Source of the DNA: Escherichia phage phiWec188
Sequence record: LC739537.1
Length of the DNA: 64,000 nt
Strand: one strand, 5' to 3'
Below are positions 37,472 through 46,485 of the stretch, piece after piece. Positions within the stretch are counted from its first letter, which is position 1. The number at the start of each line of letters is the position of its first letter. The notes under the pieces were generated by a model, which searched no databases, had not been told where the DNA came from, and was given only the letters and a program-made list of their open reading frames with translations. A program made the position numbers and the translations under genes.

Positions 37472-37577
37472 GGTGTTGTCCTTTGTTTCGTTTCGTTGTT
37501 TGCTGCCAGTGAGTTAAATATAATATAACGCCGATCCCCTGTCAATAGGGGATAGCGCATTATTTACATTTCTTTAC

Positions 37578-37605
37578 GTTAAAGGGCGCTTAGTGCGCCC
37601 TTGTA
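37578..37605 (-). terminator. intrinsic terminator (minus strand)
   Basis: Same gggcgcTTAGTgcgccc hairpin as at 37010; 3' of gene 37611..37979. Confidence 0.55.
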
Positions 37606-37610
37606 CAATC

Positions 37611-37979
37611 TTACTTTGTGCGGTTGTAAACGTTATCGCGTTCAACCATCAAGGCAAGGCGGATCAGTTGATCAGTTGTATCGCGTAAGCTGTCAGGCCA
37701 TGTTTTATTGTTCCAGCTATCTAAATTTGATTGAATATAGGTTTCAATGGCTTGATCCATATTGTCGAACAAGTTTGCCTCCAGGCTCTCGGCTGTTTCA
37801 CACTGGAAAGCATCAGCGACACTATTAATCAATAAGCAAGCCAGTAGATCAGCGTTGCGCCAATTTTTACGGATAGTTTCATCTTTCAGATAACCAACGA
37901 GATCAACCTTTGCGCCAGTGGTGGACGTTGCGATCACTTCTTGCGCTTTTTCAACTGCTTTAATTGCTGATTTGCTCAT
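37611..37979 (-). CDS. hypothetical protein
   Basis: 122 aa ORF; gaggaaaag RBS. Confidence 0.55.
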   Translation of the reverse strand: MSKSAIKAVEKAQEVIATSTTGAKVDLVGYLKDETIRKNWRNADLLACLLINSVADAFQCETAESLEANLFDNMDQAIETYIQSNLDSWNNKTWPDSLRDTTDQLIRLALMVERDNVYNRTK

Positions 37980-38057
37980 CTTCTTTTCCTCTTTGTGGGC
38001 TTGCTGTATTGCTCGCCCTACGCAATAACTATAAGTTAACAGGGTGTATAAAGCAAG

Positions 38058-38291
38058 CTATTTTTTATAAAATTTTTCTGCTGTGATATTCTTCCCTGTA
38101 GGCTTAACCGCTTGCAAGATCTTATCATGCGCCGGACGTCCAAAGGAATAAGATCCATAAACGGTAAACCAATAATCCCCGTCAGGTTGAACGGTTACGG
38201 CGGCGTAGGGTGTACCTCTCTCATTATCACCGATAAAGTGTGAAACATTGCCGTTAACGTTCGATTTAGTGCTTTTAATTTGTCCGATCAT
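38058..38291 (-). CDS. hypothetical protein
   Basis: 77 aa ORF; followed upstream by promoter-hairpin cassette at 38310-38370. Confidence 0.5.
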   Translation of the reverse strand: MIGQIKSTKSNVNGNVSHFIGDNERGTPYAAVTVQPDGDYWFTVYGSYSFGRPAHDKILQAVKPTGKNITAEKFYKK

Positions 38292-38309
38292 GGTGTTATT
38301 CCTATATTA

Positions 38310-38370
38310 GACGGGAAACATTCCCGCCCTACGTGATAAATAATAATATAAGCGTGATCCGGTGTCAATA
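38310..38370 (-). promoter_or_regulatory. promoter plus 5' hairpin cassette (copy 1 of 24)
   Basis: Minus strand: TTGACA, 17 bp, TATTAT, then cgggaaTGTTtcccg hairpin, then RBS/ATG of 38058..38291. Confidence 0.5.
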
Positions 38371-38542
38371 GGTAGAATTGTAAAGATTTGATAGTTTATC
38401 TCTTTGATGTTTTGTTGTTTGATAGGTGTTAGCTATCAATATATAGCGGGGTCGTCCGGTGATTACCTCCCCCGTTGCCAGTGCCGCCCGTTCAATAAGC
38501 ATAACAAAAAACAGGACAAAAACAAGCCCTGTTTTGTAAAGA

Positions 38543-38746
38543 TTAGATGATCTGCATATCCTCCACGATAATTTCTAATTTCCAAACAAGATGATCTAAG
38601 CTCCCTGATAAAAATGATTCCGATACATAACCGCCATCGGACACCGTAGCAAGGATCTCGCCATTTGCTTGCTCTTTGATTTGAACATCCAGGCGGTTAG
38701 CCTTTGCTTTATTCAGGACGGCGATCAGGCGGTTAGCTGTAGTCAT
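38543..38746 (-). CDS. hypothetical protein
   Basis: ORF 38543..38779; ATG 38746 lies after the hairpin and ggaagg RBS. Confidence 0.5.
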   Translation of the reverse strand: MTTANRLIAVLNKAKANRLDVQIKEQANGEILATVSDGGYVSESFLSGSLDHLVWKLEIIVEDMQII

Positions 38747-38765
38747 GGTGTTTTTCCTTCCAGTT

Positions 38766-38826
38766 GTGAGCGGCACCATTGCCGCCCTACGAAATACATC
38801 TTACACTATCCGGCACATCATGCAAG
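38766..38826 (-). promoter_or_regulatory. promoter plus 5' hairpin cassette
   Basis: Minus strand: TTGCAT, 16 bp, TGtaAGAT, then ggcggcAATGgtgccgc hairpin. Confidence 0.5.
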
Positions 38827-38831
38827 CTATT

Positions 38832-39023
38832 TTATACTTCGTCACCTATATAATCAGATCTGTTCTTCTCTGTCATACGCTTAAGCAATTCCTGCATATG
38901 GCTTATAGCTTGCAATGTGTCTTCTTCCAGGCTTGAATCCACATAATCAGGATCATTCTTTACCTTGCTATGGTTGTGATAACGCAACGCTGCTAATACC
39001 TTTCTAACTTGTTCTGCATTCAT
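38832..39023 (-). CDS. hypothetical protein
   Basis: 63 aa ORF; aggag RBS. Confidence 0.45.
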   Translation of the reverse strand: MNAEQVRKVLAALRYHNHSKVKNDPDYVDSSLEEDTLQAISHMQELLKRMTEKNRSDYIGDEV

Positions 39024-39035
39024 TTTTATTACTCC

Positions 39036-39170
39036 TTAAAACCAGGTGCCAACCGTTTCCAATAGGTCACTGACTACCAGAACAACACCGATTAGCACAT
39101 ATTTAACCAGGAAGGGGATTAGCGCCAGCGTTGCTACTATGATCCCCATTGTCATGATTACCTTTCTCAT
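39036..39170 (-). CDS. small membrane peptide (44 aa, not in ORF track)
   Basis: Hydrophobic (GIIVATLALIPFLVKYVLIGVVLVV); start overlaps stop of 39167..39457 (ATGA). Confidence 0.35.
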   Translation of the reverse strand: MRKVIMTMGIIVATLALIPFLVKYVLIGVVLVVSDLLETVGTWF

Positions 39171-39457
39171 TGTTGGCGGTTTACGTAAGCTTTACCGTTT
39201 ACGGTCATCGGTATGGCCTCAAGGTCTGGATCTTCCTTAAGGTCGCGTGCAAGCTCACCGCACCGGACACCCTCGAATCCGTGGTATTCTGTTTCCCCGT
39301 CCTTAAAAGTTTTAGCGGCAAGGCATAGGCGATAATTAACCCCGATCCGGTTTACTGCGTTGATATCGGTTAACGTGATCGATTCAGGCAAATCGTTAGC
39401 CATTACAGGCGCGTTAATACCAACAACCAGGGCAACTACTGCGATCATCTTTTTCAT
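39167..39457 (-). CDS. small secreted protein (signal peptide)
   Basis: MKKMIAVVALVVGINAPVMA signal-peptide-like N-terminus; 96 aa. Confidence 0.5.
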   Translation of the reverse strand: MKKMIAVVALVVGINAPVMANDLPESITLTDINAVNRIGVNYRLCLAAKTFKDGETEYHGFEGVRCGELARDLKEDPDLEAIPMTVNGKAYVNRQQ

Positions 39458-39508
39458 GTTGTCTATCCTCTTCCTATTGCGTTTAATGGGGCGTTGCCGC
39501 CCCGCTGA

Positions 39509-39733
39509 TTAATTACGTTGGCTGTTTTCTACTATCGACTTTAAAATAAAGTCAGTTACGCCCTTTGTGTCATCCGGCGGGAAGTTATCAGCATAGCACC
39601 AGGCATAAGCGCCATCAACTGGAAGCGGGAAGATATGCACGCTTAGATCCCCATAATCATATTCAGTTATTTCTACCTTGAGATCCGACAATTCAGCCAG
39701 TTTAATAGCTTGTAACATTCTAACAATACTCAT
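39509..39733 (-). CDS. hypothetical protein
   Basis: 74 aa ORF; preceded by ggggcg..cgcccc hairpin element. Confidence 0.5.
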   Translation of the reverse strand: MSIVRMLQAIKLAELSDLKVEITEYDYGDLSVHIFPLPVDGAYAWCYADNFPPDDTKGVTDFILKSIVENSQRN

Positions 39734-39772
39734 AATCTTTTCCTTTCTGATAGTGGGGCGTTGCCGCCCTTT

Positions 39773-40018
39773 TTAGAATTGACGCGTTACGCGATCGGTG
39801 TTTTCTTCCTTTACAACCTTACCTGTTGCTACCATTTCGCTGATTTTTTCATCGTTGATAATGTTGTTATTCTCTTTGATCCAGGTCCAACGATTACCCA
39901 TCAAAGTATTCCCTTTTAACGCATAATACCAAATGTTGTTAGGCATTTTGATCCAAGCCATACCGCGCGAATTTTTCGGGTCGTGGTAGATATTGCCAAT
40001 TTTAGTTGTCTGGTACAT
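39773..40018 (-). CDS. hypothetical protein
   Basis: 81 aa ORF; cassette at 40042-40098 upstream. Confidence 0.5.
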   Translation of the reverse strand: MYQTTKIGNIYHDPKNSRGMAWIKMPNNIWYYALKGNTLMGNRWTWIKENNNIINDEKISEMVATGKVVKEENTDRVTRQF

Positions 40019-40041
40019 GATGTTTTACCTTTTTCCAGGAA

Positions 40042-40098
40042 GCGGGAACTATTCCCGCCCTACGTGGTAAATATTATCATATTGACGATCCGTGTCAA
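40042..40098 (-). promoter_or_regulatory. promoter plus 5' hairpin cassette
   Basis: TTGACA, then TGATAATAT-type -10, then gcgggaATAGTtcccgc hairpin. Confidence 0.5.
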
Positions 40099-40118
40099 TA
40101 GTTTTTTGGAGTTTTTAC

Positions 40119-40520
40119 TTACAGGCCCAAGATAGCCCGTGCATCGTTACGCTGTTTAGTCTCAGTCATGATCATATTTAAAATGGTCGGATTAATATAA
40201 CCTTTCTCCATAGCTTCGCGGACTGGTACATCATAAGCACCGAAACCAGTGCGAACGATACGCACATCATTCAGATTAGTGTTATAGATCCCGCCTAAAT
40301 CAACCGACTGGAAAACGGCATCAACACTATATTCAGTGTTGCCATCGTTGACGTTTTCGATCTCAATGTTGCGAGACACCGCCCAACGTTTACAGCCTCC
40401 AATCAGGTAGCATTGTTCCTTTGTCAGATTACCATTGGAAACCGCATATTTCAGGGCTTCAGCGCCGAAAGTTTTAGCAATGTTAACAACGTCAGTATAA
40501 GAAAGGATCGTAATGTTCAT
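40119..40520 (-). CDS. hypothetical protein
   Basis: 133 aa ORF; cassette at 40541-40597 upstream. Confidence 0.55.
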   Translation of the reverse strand: MNITILSYTDVVNIAKTFGAEALKYAVSNGNLTKEQCYLIGGCKRWAVSRNIEIENVNDGNTEYSVDAVFQSVDLGGIYNTNLNDVRIVRTGFGAYDVPVREAMEKGYINPTILNMIMTETKQRNDARAILGL

Positions 40521-40540
40521 GGTTATAACTCCAAATGGTG

Positions 40541-40597
40541 AGCGGCACCATTGCCGCCCTACGTGGTAAATATTATCACACTGGTGATCTGTGTCAA
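40541..40597 (-). promoter_or_regulatory. promoter plus 5' hairpin cassette
   Basis: Minus strand TTGACA ... -10 ... ggcggcAATGgtgccgc ... RBS. Confidence 0.5.
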
Positions 40598-40622
40598 TAC
40601 TATTTATTCAATATAAATAAAA

Positions 40623-40847
40623 TTATGATGTGCGCTCAATTATGATAATGGTCTGTGGGATCTCGTTTTCTGCCACTATCAGGGCTTTTTTCTGCGTGAT
40701 AGTTATTTTAACACGTTGCAACGATGCGGTAAAGTCTTTCATTTCGTTATGTGCGGACTTGCTGCAATGCCAGATCTCAGGCTTACCAACTTGTAAGCCG
40801 CGTAAAAATTCCGTTTTGCCTGCTTTGTTCGTGAACATTTGTTTCAC
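40623..40847 (-). CDS. hypothetical protein
   Basis: 74 aa ORF. Confidence 0.45.
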   Translation of the reverse strand: MKQMFTNKAGKTEFLRGLQVGKPEIWHCSKSAHNEMKDFTASLQRVKITITQKKALIVAENEIPQTIIIIERTS

Positions 40848-40848
40848 C

Positions 40849-40953
40849 TTAACCGATACCGTGAGAAGATAGGATCATATTAGCCATAGTTGCAACCACT
40901 CCAACCGATAACGCCAGGCCAACTATTGCAACCGTGAAAATTTTCTCTAACAT
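40849..40953 (-). CDS. small membrane peptide (34 aa; start uncertain)
   Basis: ORF 40849..41052; ATG 40953 preceded by gaggg and located after the hairpin element. Confidence 0.3.
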   Translation of the reverse strand: MLEKIFTVAIVGLALSVGVVATMANMILSSHGIG

Positions 40954-41036
40954 GATGCTACCCTCTTTAATGGGCGTTGCCTTATTGCCCCGCCCTACGT
41001 GATACACTTTACCAGAAAACAAAATACTGTCAAGAT

Positions 41037-41174
41037 TTATTTTACTTCCCAAACGGAAAATTCACTACCTGGCGGGATCATTCTTTTAATCTTGTTTGCT
41101 GCTGCTACCAGGTCCACGGCTTGCACTGTAATAATATAACCAATTGTCGAGGCTGTTGCATTGAAAGTTTTCAT
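41037..41174 (-). CDS. small hypothetical protein (45 aa, not in ORF track)
   Basis: ATG 41174 preceded by gaggg; cassette hairpin at 41193-41210 just upstream. Confidence 0.35.
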   Translation of the reverse strand: MKTFNATASTIGYIITVQAVDLVAAANKIKRMIPPGSEFSVWEVK

Positions 41175-41232
41175 TATATTACCCTCACCATCGGCGGCAC
41201 CATTGCCGCCCTACAAGATGAATACTACGCGC

Positions 41233-41415
41233 TTACTTTGCTGTTGTCAACAAGGGGCGAAAAAACTTTTTGATCTGGCTTGCTGTTAGGCGCATATCTG
41301 CTTTGAGCGTTGCCAGGCGATAAGCCTTACCCTTAATCAGTTTATGGTGTCCGGTGCCGTTGCCGATGATAACATCAATTTCACACAATACACGGGAAGA
41401 ATCAATCTTTTTCAT
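41233..41415 (-). CDS. hypothetical protein
   Basis: 60 aa ORF. Confidence 0.45.
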   Translation of the reverse strand: MKKIDSSRVLCEIDVIIGNGTGHHKLIKGKAYRLATLKADMRLTASQIKKFFRPLLTTAK

Positions 41416-41463
41416 CTTGTTACCTTTCTTGTTATGGGGCGCTTGTCGCCCCTGGTTTATGGT

Positions 41464-41649
41464 TTATTTGACTATGTGACGATCATTATATTCAGTGTAA
41501 AACTCGCAACCATCGTCACGACTATCAAGTTTAACAATGTAACCAGTTTGATAACGTTCAATAGATACCATTGCATAAAACTTACCATTCAGGATATTTC
41601 TAACCAGATCGCCTTTTACCAATTCTTTCGTTTTCTTGTAAGTAGTCAT
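41464..41649 (-). CDS. hypothetical protein
   Basis: ORF 41464..41700; ATG 41649 downstream of hairpin. Confidence 0.5.
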   Translation of the reverse strand: MTTYKKTKELVKGDLVRNILNGKFYAMVSIERYQTGYIVKLDSRDDGCEFYTEYNDRHIVK

Positions 41650-41669
41650 GATGTTTTCTCTTCTGTTAG

Positions 41670-41726
41670 GCGGGGCGCTTGTCGCCCCTATGTGATACAT
41701 CTTATCAGGTTGATTCAGCTTGTCAA
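41670..41726 (-). promoter_or_regulatory. promoter plus 5' hairpin cassette (stem variant ggggcg/cgcccc)
   Basis: TTGACA, spacer, TGATAAGAT, then ggggcgACAAGcgcccc hairpin. Confidence 0.5.
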
Positions 41727-41727
41727 A

Positions 41728-41907
41728 CTATTTGTTAGCCGGATTATATGCCAGGACCGCGCCACTTGCTTTCACGCTTTCCGCTTCATAGTTGCGCAGA
41801 TCGTTTTCTGTAAGATTGAGCGCGATCACTTCCTCGATCTCAATACCAGTGGCAAGGGCGATCTCTTTAATGATGTTTGATGATCTGATAACGTTTACTG
41901 TTTTCAT
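41728..41907 (-). CDS. hypothetical protein
   Basis: ORF 41728..41964; ATG 41907 chosen (MKTVNV...). Confidence 0.45.
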   Translation of the reverse strand: MKTVNVIRSSNIIKEIALATGIEIEEVIALNLTENDLRNYEAESVKASGAVLAYNPANK

Positions 41908-41917
41908 GGTGTGCACC

Positions 41918-42037
41918 TTATAAGATGATTGATAAGATAGTGATAACGAAAGCGATAACACCAACGGCGATCGTAGTCTTACGCCCTTCGGATACTGCCG
42001 GATTCTCTACCGTGTATTCTACTGTGTATTTGTTCAT
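41918..42037 (-). CDS. small membrane peptide (39 aa, not in ORF track)
   Basis: ATG 42037 preceded by gagagga; C-terminal TM segment IAVGVIAFVITILSII. Confidence 0.3.
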   Translation of the reverse strand: MNKYTVEYTVENPAVSEGRKTTIAVGVIAFVITILSIIL

Positions 42038-42136
42038 TGTGTTATCCTCTCGCTTGCTTTGGGAACTATTCCCGCCGCCCTATGAATTAAATATACACTA
42101 TCTCAAAATGATTGCAAACCTTTTTCTAAATTATTT

Positions 42137-42421
42137 TTATGCAGTAAATAAACCATCGTTTACAACGGCGGCGATGATCTCCCGTGCCATTGATTCAGGG
42201 AACGGGGCGCTATAGTCCTGGCTTGTCTCGTCGCTGTCTGTTACCCAATGATAAGCCAACGAGTAAAAGCCTTTACTCCCTGTTTTCAGTGAAACGATGA
42301 TCACTCGGTTAAGTCCATCGGTAAACGTTGCCGTTAATGTGCTATCATCTTGCGTCATGTTGGACAAGTAAGCGGCATCATTAACCAGGGAAAACAGTAG
42401 CACCGTGTTAGCTTTAACCAT
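42137..42421 (-). CDS. hypothetical protein
   Basis: ORF 42137..42451; ATG 42421 after hairpin. Confidence 0.5.
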   Translation of the reverse strand: MVKANTVLLFSLVNDAAYLSNMTQDDSTLTATFTDGLNRVIIVSLKTGSKGFYSLAYHWVTDSDETSQDYSAPFPESMAREIIAAVVNDGLFTA

Positions 42422-42440
42422 AGTTTGATCCTCAAACGAG

Positions 42441-42497
42441 CGCGGTACCATTGCCGCCCTACGTGATACATCTTATCAGGTCTGATTATGGTGTCAA
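42441..42497 (-). promoter_or_regulatory. promoter plus 5' hairpin cassette
   Basis: TTGACA, 16 bp, TGATAAGAT, gtatcacgtag, then ggcggcAATGgtaccgc hairpin. Confidence 0.55.
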
Positions 42498-42503
42498 CCA
42501 CTT

Positions 42504-42689
42504 TTAAAGATATTTTATACTGATAACATTTTCAGGTTTAACCTGGTTATGATAAGCATCAATGTAAATCAAACCATCATTAGATAAGCCCAGGATCACG
42601 CCTTGCGCAATAAATCCGTATTCGTCGCGGTAACGGGCTGCTACTTTGTTCGTTGCGTTGTAGGCGGTTTTAATCTCGTTTAAGGTCAT
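42504..42689 (-). CDS. hypothetical protein
   Basis: 61 aa ORF. Confidence 0.45.
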   Translation of the reverse strand: MTLNEIKTAYNATNKVAARYRDEYGFIAQGVILGLSNDGLIYIDAYHNQVKPENVISIKYL

Positions 42690-42713
42690 GTGCTGTTATC
42701 CTCTCGTTAGATA

Positions 42714-42745
42714 TAAGAAAGGGCGCTATTTGCGCCCTTGTTTTG
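42714..42745 (-). terminator. intrinsic terminator (minus strand)
   Basis: gggcgcAAATAgcgccc hairpin with flanking A/T runs; third copy of this terminator type. Confidence 0.5.
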
Positions 42746-42892
42746 TTAGTCTTCCAGGTCCAGCCATGCACGTTTATCGGTGCGGTCGCGCTTAGTCTTG
42801 TTGCGCTTGTCGCCCTTGCGGACCACTTCTTCATTCCACGCTGCGCGAGTTTTGGAAGATTGGATTTTTTCGGCGCGATTAGATGTATTCAT
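42746..42892 (-). CDS. small basic protein (48 aa, not in ORF track)
   Basis: ATG 42892 preceded by agagga and the cassette at 42914-42972; replaces shadow plus ORF 42743..42982. Confidence 0.4.
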   Translation of the reverse strand: MNTSNRAEKIQSSKTRAAWNEEVVRKGDKRNKTKRDRTDKRAWLDLED

Positions 42893-42913
42893 GATGTTTC
42901 CTCTTTTTGTTGT

Positions 42914-42972
42914 GAGCGGCACCATTGCCGCCCTACGTGTTTAAATTTACTTTATTGTTTGATGCCTGTCAA
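42914..42972 (-). promoter_or_regulatory. promoter plus 5' hairpin cassette
   Basis: TTGACA ... -10 ... ggcggcAATGgtgccgc. Confidence 0.5.
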
Positions 42973-42988
42973 CTACTTTTAAAACTTT

Positions 42989-43342
42989 TTATTCGTGGGA
43001 AAGTGCAAGGATCACTCCTGCAAGGTATAGCCAATAGTTTTCCCTTTCTTTCTGGATCTTGCTTTCGCTGCTACGCTCGCTAATGTATCCCCAGGATGTT
43101 AACAACCGATCTACTTCCCAATATTCGAAAGCGATATTGATATCTGACGGTAAACCTTGTAACCATGAGGCTATTGCTCTGATAACGTTATGATTGTAGT
43201 ATTCTTGGTTATAGGGATACCAGTACTCATTCTTAAAACGTCGCATCAATTCCGCGATCTTCTCTTTCTCTTCTGTGATGCTATACTCGCTATAATCAAT
43301 TGAGGCCAGAATATAAAGTTTAATTGCATTTTGTGCTTTCAT
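42989..43342 (-). CDS. hypothetical protein
   Basis: 117 aa ORF; cassette upstream at 43362-43420. Confidence 0.55.
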   Translation of the reverse strand: MKAQNAIKLYILASIDYSEYSITEEKEKIAELMRRFKNEYWYPYNQEYYNHNVIRAIASWLQGLPSDINIAFEYWEVDRLLTSWGYISERSSESKIQKERENYWLYLAGVILALSHE

Positions 43343-43361
43343 GGTGTCTCTCTTCTGTTGT

Positions 43362-43420
43362 GAGCGGCACCATTGCCGCCCTACGTGTTACATCTTACCG
43401 GATTTTTAAAACTTGTCAAT
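43362..43420 (-). promoter_or_regulatory. promoter plus 5' hairpin cassette
   Basis: TTGACA, spacer, TAAGAT, then canonical hairpin. Confidence 0.5.
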
Positions 43421-43641
43421 CATTTTTCTACTATCATTTGATATCCTGTTTCAATGTTAGTAAACACCGTGATCCCGTCCTGGCGTTCACTCATAAGGAA
43501 GCAAGGCGCTAACATCCTTCCTACTTCCTTGCACTCGTTATAAGCGGCGGTGATATCTCCTGCTGCTTTGTCTTCGGTGGTGAATGTATCGTTCACGTAA
43601 ACTTGACCAGCGACAACGGCGACAATAGCGAAAGTGATCAT
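43420..43641 (-). CDS. hypothetical protein
   Basis: 73 aa ORF. Confidence 0.45.
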   Translation of the reverse strand: MITFAIVAVVAGQVYVNDTFTTEDKAAGDITAAYNECKEVGRMLAPCFLMSERQDGITVFTNIETGYQMIVEK

Positions 43642-43721
43642 GATGTTTTCTCTCTTTGTGATAAGTGGTTTCTCTTCTCAATAGCGCCTATTGAGCGGGG
43701 CGCTATTACGAAGGGCTAACC

Positions 43722-43889
43722 TTATTTGTTACGGCTTAACGTGCCCAAGTTATCAGCATGACGCAGACCAGGGAAGATCCACGCGCCTGATGTATCTTTT
43801 ACAGGGGCTTTAAGCGTAGCGCCCAGGTTGGCGGCGTTAACTTTACGTGCAACGTTGCGAGCGGCTTCACGGGTAGTAAAAGTAATCAT
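43722..43889 (-). CDS. small hypothetical protein (55 aa, not in ORF track)
   Basis: ATG 43889 preceded by agaggaaaa; hairpin variant ggcggtgg..ccgccgcc upstream. Confidence 0.4.
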   Translation of the reverse strand: MITFTTREAARNVARKVNAANLGATLKAPVKDTSGAWIFPGLRHADNLGTLSRNK

Positions 43890-43978
43890 GATGTTTTCCT
43901 CTTCTCTTTGTTAGGCGGTGGACCATTCCGCCGCCTTGATGTAATACAGTTTACTTTATTTTATGGGGATTGCAAGCT

Positions 43979-44194
43979 TTAATTTAAGATTGTTAGTGTA
44001 AAATTGTAATCCCCTGCCTGATATACTACCTTGTTGCTAAAAGTTCCAACACGTTTCACATTGCAATATATACCCATAACACTTTTTACATCTTTGATGT
44101 TCTTAACGCCTGTAATGTCTTTATTGAAATAATCGTGATCGGAAAATAAAACTCGACTTGCATTTTTTAACAGTGTGCGGATATTAGCCATCAT
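43979..44194 (-). CDS. hypothetical protein
   Basis: ORF 43979..44224; ATG 44194 after hairpin. Confidence 0.5.
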   Translation of the reverse strand: MMANIRTLLKNASRVLFSDHDYFNKDITGVKNIKDVKSVMGIYCNVKRVGTFSNKVVYQAGDYNFTLTILN

Positions 44195-44213
44195 GATAAT
44201 CTCTCTTCTTGCT

Positions 44214-44270
44214 GGCGGCACCATTGCCGCCCTACGTAATACAGTTTACTCTTTTTCTTTCCCGTGTCAA
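44214..44270 (-). promoter_or_regulatory. promoter plus 5' hairpin cassette
   Basis: TTGACA ... ggcggcAATGgtgccgcc. Confidence 0.5.
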
Positions 44271-44279
44271 CAATCTTTT

Positions 44280-44507
44280 TCAGATTAATTCGTCCAGGCA
44301 TAACAGGCGATCAACGTTGAGATCGGTCAGGCTGATGGTTGGCACCTGATAAGATTCGATGTACTCAACGCTCGCATATTCCCCAAAATTAGCAATAGCC
44401 CACTTATTCAAGATCTCACATACATCATTAATCTTTTTATTTGTTACAACGGCTATAACCTGGGAAGTGCCAACGGTGCCGGATACGCGAACAATATTGA
44501 TAGCCAT
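44280..44507 (-). CDS. hypothetical protein
   Basis: 75 aa ORF. Confidence 0.5.
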   Translation of the reverse strand: MAINIVRVSGTVGTSQVIAVVTNKKINDVCEILNKWAIANFGEYASVEYIESYQVPTISLTDLNVDRLLCLDELI

Positions 44508-44594
44508 GATTTTTCTCTCTTCTGTTAGGCGGGGCGCTTGTCGCCCCTATGTGATACATCTTACACTAATTTAAAACGTTGTCAACTGTTTTTA

Positions 44595-44834
44595 TTACAT
44601 TCCGACCATCGCGGCGCGGATCGCAGTAGTGCTATATTTGAAACCGTCTGGAGTCTTATCTTGTCCAGTCTCTTGTAAAAATAGCATCATATGACGGGCC
44701 GCATCATTGCGATTAGTGCTATCGTTAATAAAGTCCAGGGCCAACCGATACAATGATTCATCGTTGTTAATCCAAAGGCTTACATTCCAATGATTTTTAT
44801 TTTTGTGACCTAAGAACATTTTTGATTTAGCCAT
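44595..44834 (-). CDS. hypothetical protein
   Basis: 79 aa ORF. Confidence 0.5.
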   Translation of the reverse strand: MAKSKMFLGHKNKNHWNVSLWINNDESLYRLALDFINDSTNRNDAARHMMLFLQETGQDKTPDGFKYSTTAIRAAMVGM

Positions 44835-44923
44835 GATGTTAATCTCTCTTTGAGTGGGGCGGGAACTATTCCCGCGCCCTATGTAATACAGTTTACTCTT
44901 TTTATTCGTGCTGTCAACGTCTT

Positions 44924-45289
44924 TTATAAATCTTTTTTACGCTTAACATCGCTTGCATGACTGTATACAGCGATCCCATTGTCACGGCAAAAACGGGAAA
45001 GATAGCTGCCGCGTGAAAATTCTTTGCCTTCAAGGTTGATAACCTTGCTAAATTCTTCCAGGGCGACGGTATCAAAATGATCACCATAGCCATATTGAAA
45101 CGGAACGTTAACCACTTCAATCAATTTACCGCAGATCTCGACGTCCACACTTAAAGAAAAATATGTATTACCGTAGGACTGTTGAAACCAGCGACGGGCG
45201 CTAATGTGCACTGCTTCAATGCTGGATAGTTCGATTTTAGCAGTGTTAGCCAGGGTAGCATAAGCGGACACATTGATATTTTTAGCCAT
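44924..45289 (-). CDS. hypothetical protein
   Basis: 121 aa ORF. Confidence 0.55.
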   Translation of the reverse strand: MAKNINVSAYATLANTAKIELSSIEAVHISARRWFQQSYGNTYFSLSVDVEICGKLIEVVNVPFQYGYGDHFDTVALEEFSKVINLEGKEFSRGSYLSRFCRDNGIAVYSHASDVKRKKDL

Positions 45290-45386
45290 GTTCTTACTCT
45301 CTCTTTTTGGTTAGTGGGAAGTATTCCCGATAAAAGTTATTATGCTTGTACTATCGCCTATTGTCAATAGCACAAGACTAAAACTT

Positions 45387-45566
45387 TTAACGATAATCAT
45401 TATAGGCTTGATTGACCTGACGAATGTAACATTCGAAAGCAAGATCAATATATTCGTATTCATGCACATAATCCCCATAGGTTACTACATACATTCCTAA
45501 CGTTTCCTTATATGTCAGAAGAATGGAATCTAAGCCCACGATTTCAGTTTTTGCAATGATAGCCAT
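45387..45566 (-). CDS. small hypothetical protein (59 aa, not in ORF track)
   Basis: ATG 45566 located after cassette hairpin 45588-45605. Confidence 0.4.
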   Translation of the reverse strand: MAIIAKTEIVGLDSILLTYKETLGMYVVTYGDYVHEYEYIDLAFECYIRQVNQAYNDYR

Positions 45567-45587
45567 GATGATAACCTTTTTATTGTT

Positions 45588-45644
45588 GGCGGCACCATTG
45601 CCGCCCTACGTGATAAACTATAACAGAATTTTAAACAGTGTCAA
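45588..45644 (-). promoter_or_regulatory. promoter plus 5' hairpin cassette
   Basis: TTGACA, spacer, TAGTTTATCAC -10 region, then ggcggcAATGgtgccgcc. Confidence 0.5.
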
Positions 45645-45655
45645 ACGTTTTTTTC

Positions 45656-45901
45656 TTAGTTTGCGAAATATGGTGCGGCGGCTGATGCCGTTAAGCTCCA
45701 AGTGATTTGGCTATCGATCAAGTATTCTTCATTCTTGATCCGCACGGTATCAATCGAGAAGTTACTAAAAGGCTTGCTTTTAATTTTACGAACAACCGTT
45801 ACACGACGGTTATTTTTCATCTCTTTTAACTGAATCCAGGCGTAACCTTTTTCATTAACAAAGATTTCATTGTGATTGGTGATAGATGATAAGTGTTTCA
45901 T
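45656..45901 (-). CDS. hypothetical protein
   Basis: 81 aa ORF. Confidence 0.5.
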   Translation of the reverse strand: MKHLSSITNHNEIFVNEKGYAWIQLKEMKNNRRVTVVRKIKSKPFSNFSIDTVRIKNEEYLIDSQITWSLTASAAAPYFAN

Positions 45902-45991
45902 GATATTCTCTCTTCTGTTTTGAGCGGTGGACCATTCCGCCGCCCTATGTGATACAGCTTACTACTTTTTGAAACGTTGTCAAGGATATTT

Positions 45992-46273
45992 TTAACTGTA
46001 TGATCCGCACCGCTCGCAATAGTGATCATCGTCGTCATCTGCCGCCTGGCTGATAAAGTGATCAACCTTTGATTTCAGGCTTTTATAATTGTTCTCAACT
46101 TCCTGTAGTCGTCGCTGGTAATATTCCAGGGCTTGCACATATGCCGCTTGTTCGGTTTTCGCTTGCATCGATAAATTCATGCCGCGCGTTTCATCGTATA
46201 GCCAATAACCATCGTTGCATTCACTGATCGATAGGGTAGGGCTTAGTTTTTCGTGACTAATTACCTTGCTCAT
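45992..46273 (-). CDS. hypothetical protein (C-terminal CxxC)
   Basis: 93 aa ORF. Confidence 0.5.
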   Translation of the reverse strand: MSKVISHEKLSPTLSISECNDGYWLYDETRGMNLSMQAKTEQAAYVQALEYYQRRLQEVENNYKSLKSKVDHFISQAADDDDDHYCERCGSYS

Positions 46274-46283
46274 AGTGTCCGCC

Positions 46284-46475
46284 TTATAGAATGACTACGT
46301 TATCTTTTTCGTGCAATGTGGCGGTAATGTTACGCCCCTTGTTGCAAGTTAGCGAGATCTTGCGGTGATGCGGTGGCACTTTTTCAATGTGCGCTACTGT
46401 CATTGTGATCCGGTGCAATTCTACCTTGTCACCTGCTTTCAATGTTGCTACGTTGCCAGTGATATTTTTAAACAT
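46284..46475 (-). CDS. hypothetical protein
   Basis: 63 aa ORF. Confidence 0.45.
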   Translation of the reverse strand: MFKNITGNVATLKAGDKVELHRITMTVAHIEKVPPHHRKISLTCNKGRNITATLHEKDNVVIL

Positions 46476-46485
46476 GGTGTGCCCC

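Noticed and set aside
42743-42982. Plus-strand ORF of 79 aa
   Set aside because: It runs through a promoter-hairpin cassette and a terminator; the minus-strand 48-aa ORF (42746-42892) with RBS and cassette fits the local gene arrangement.
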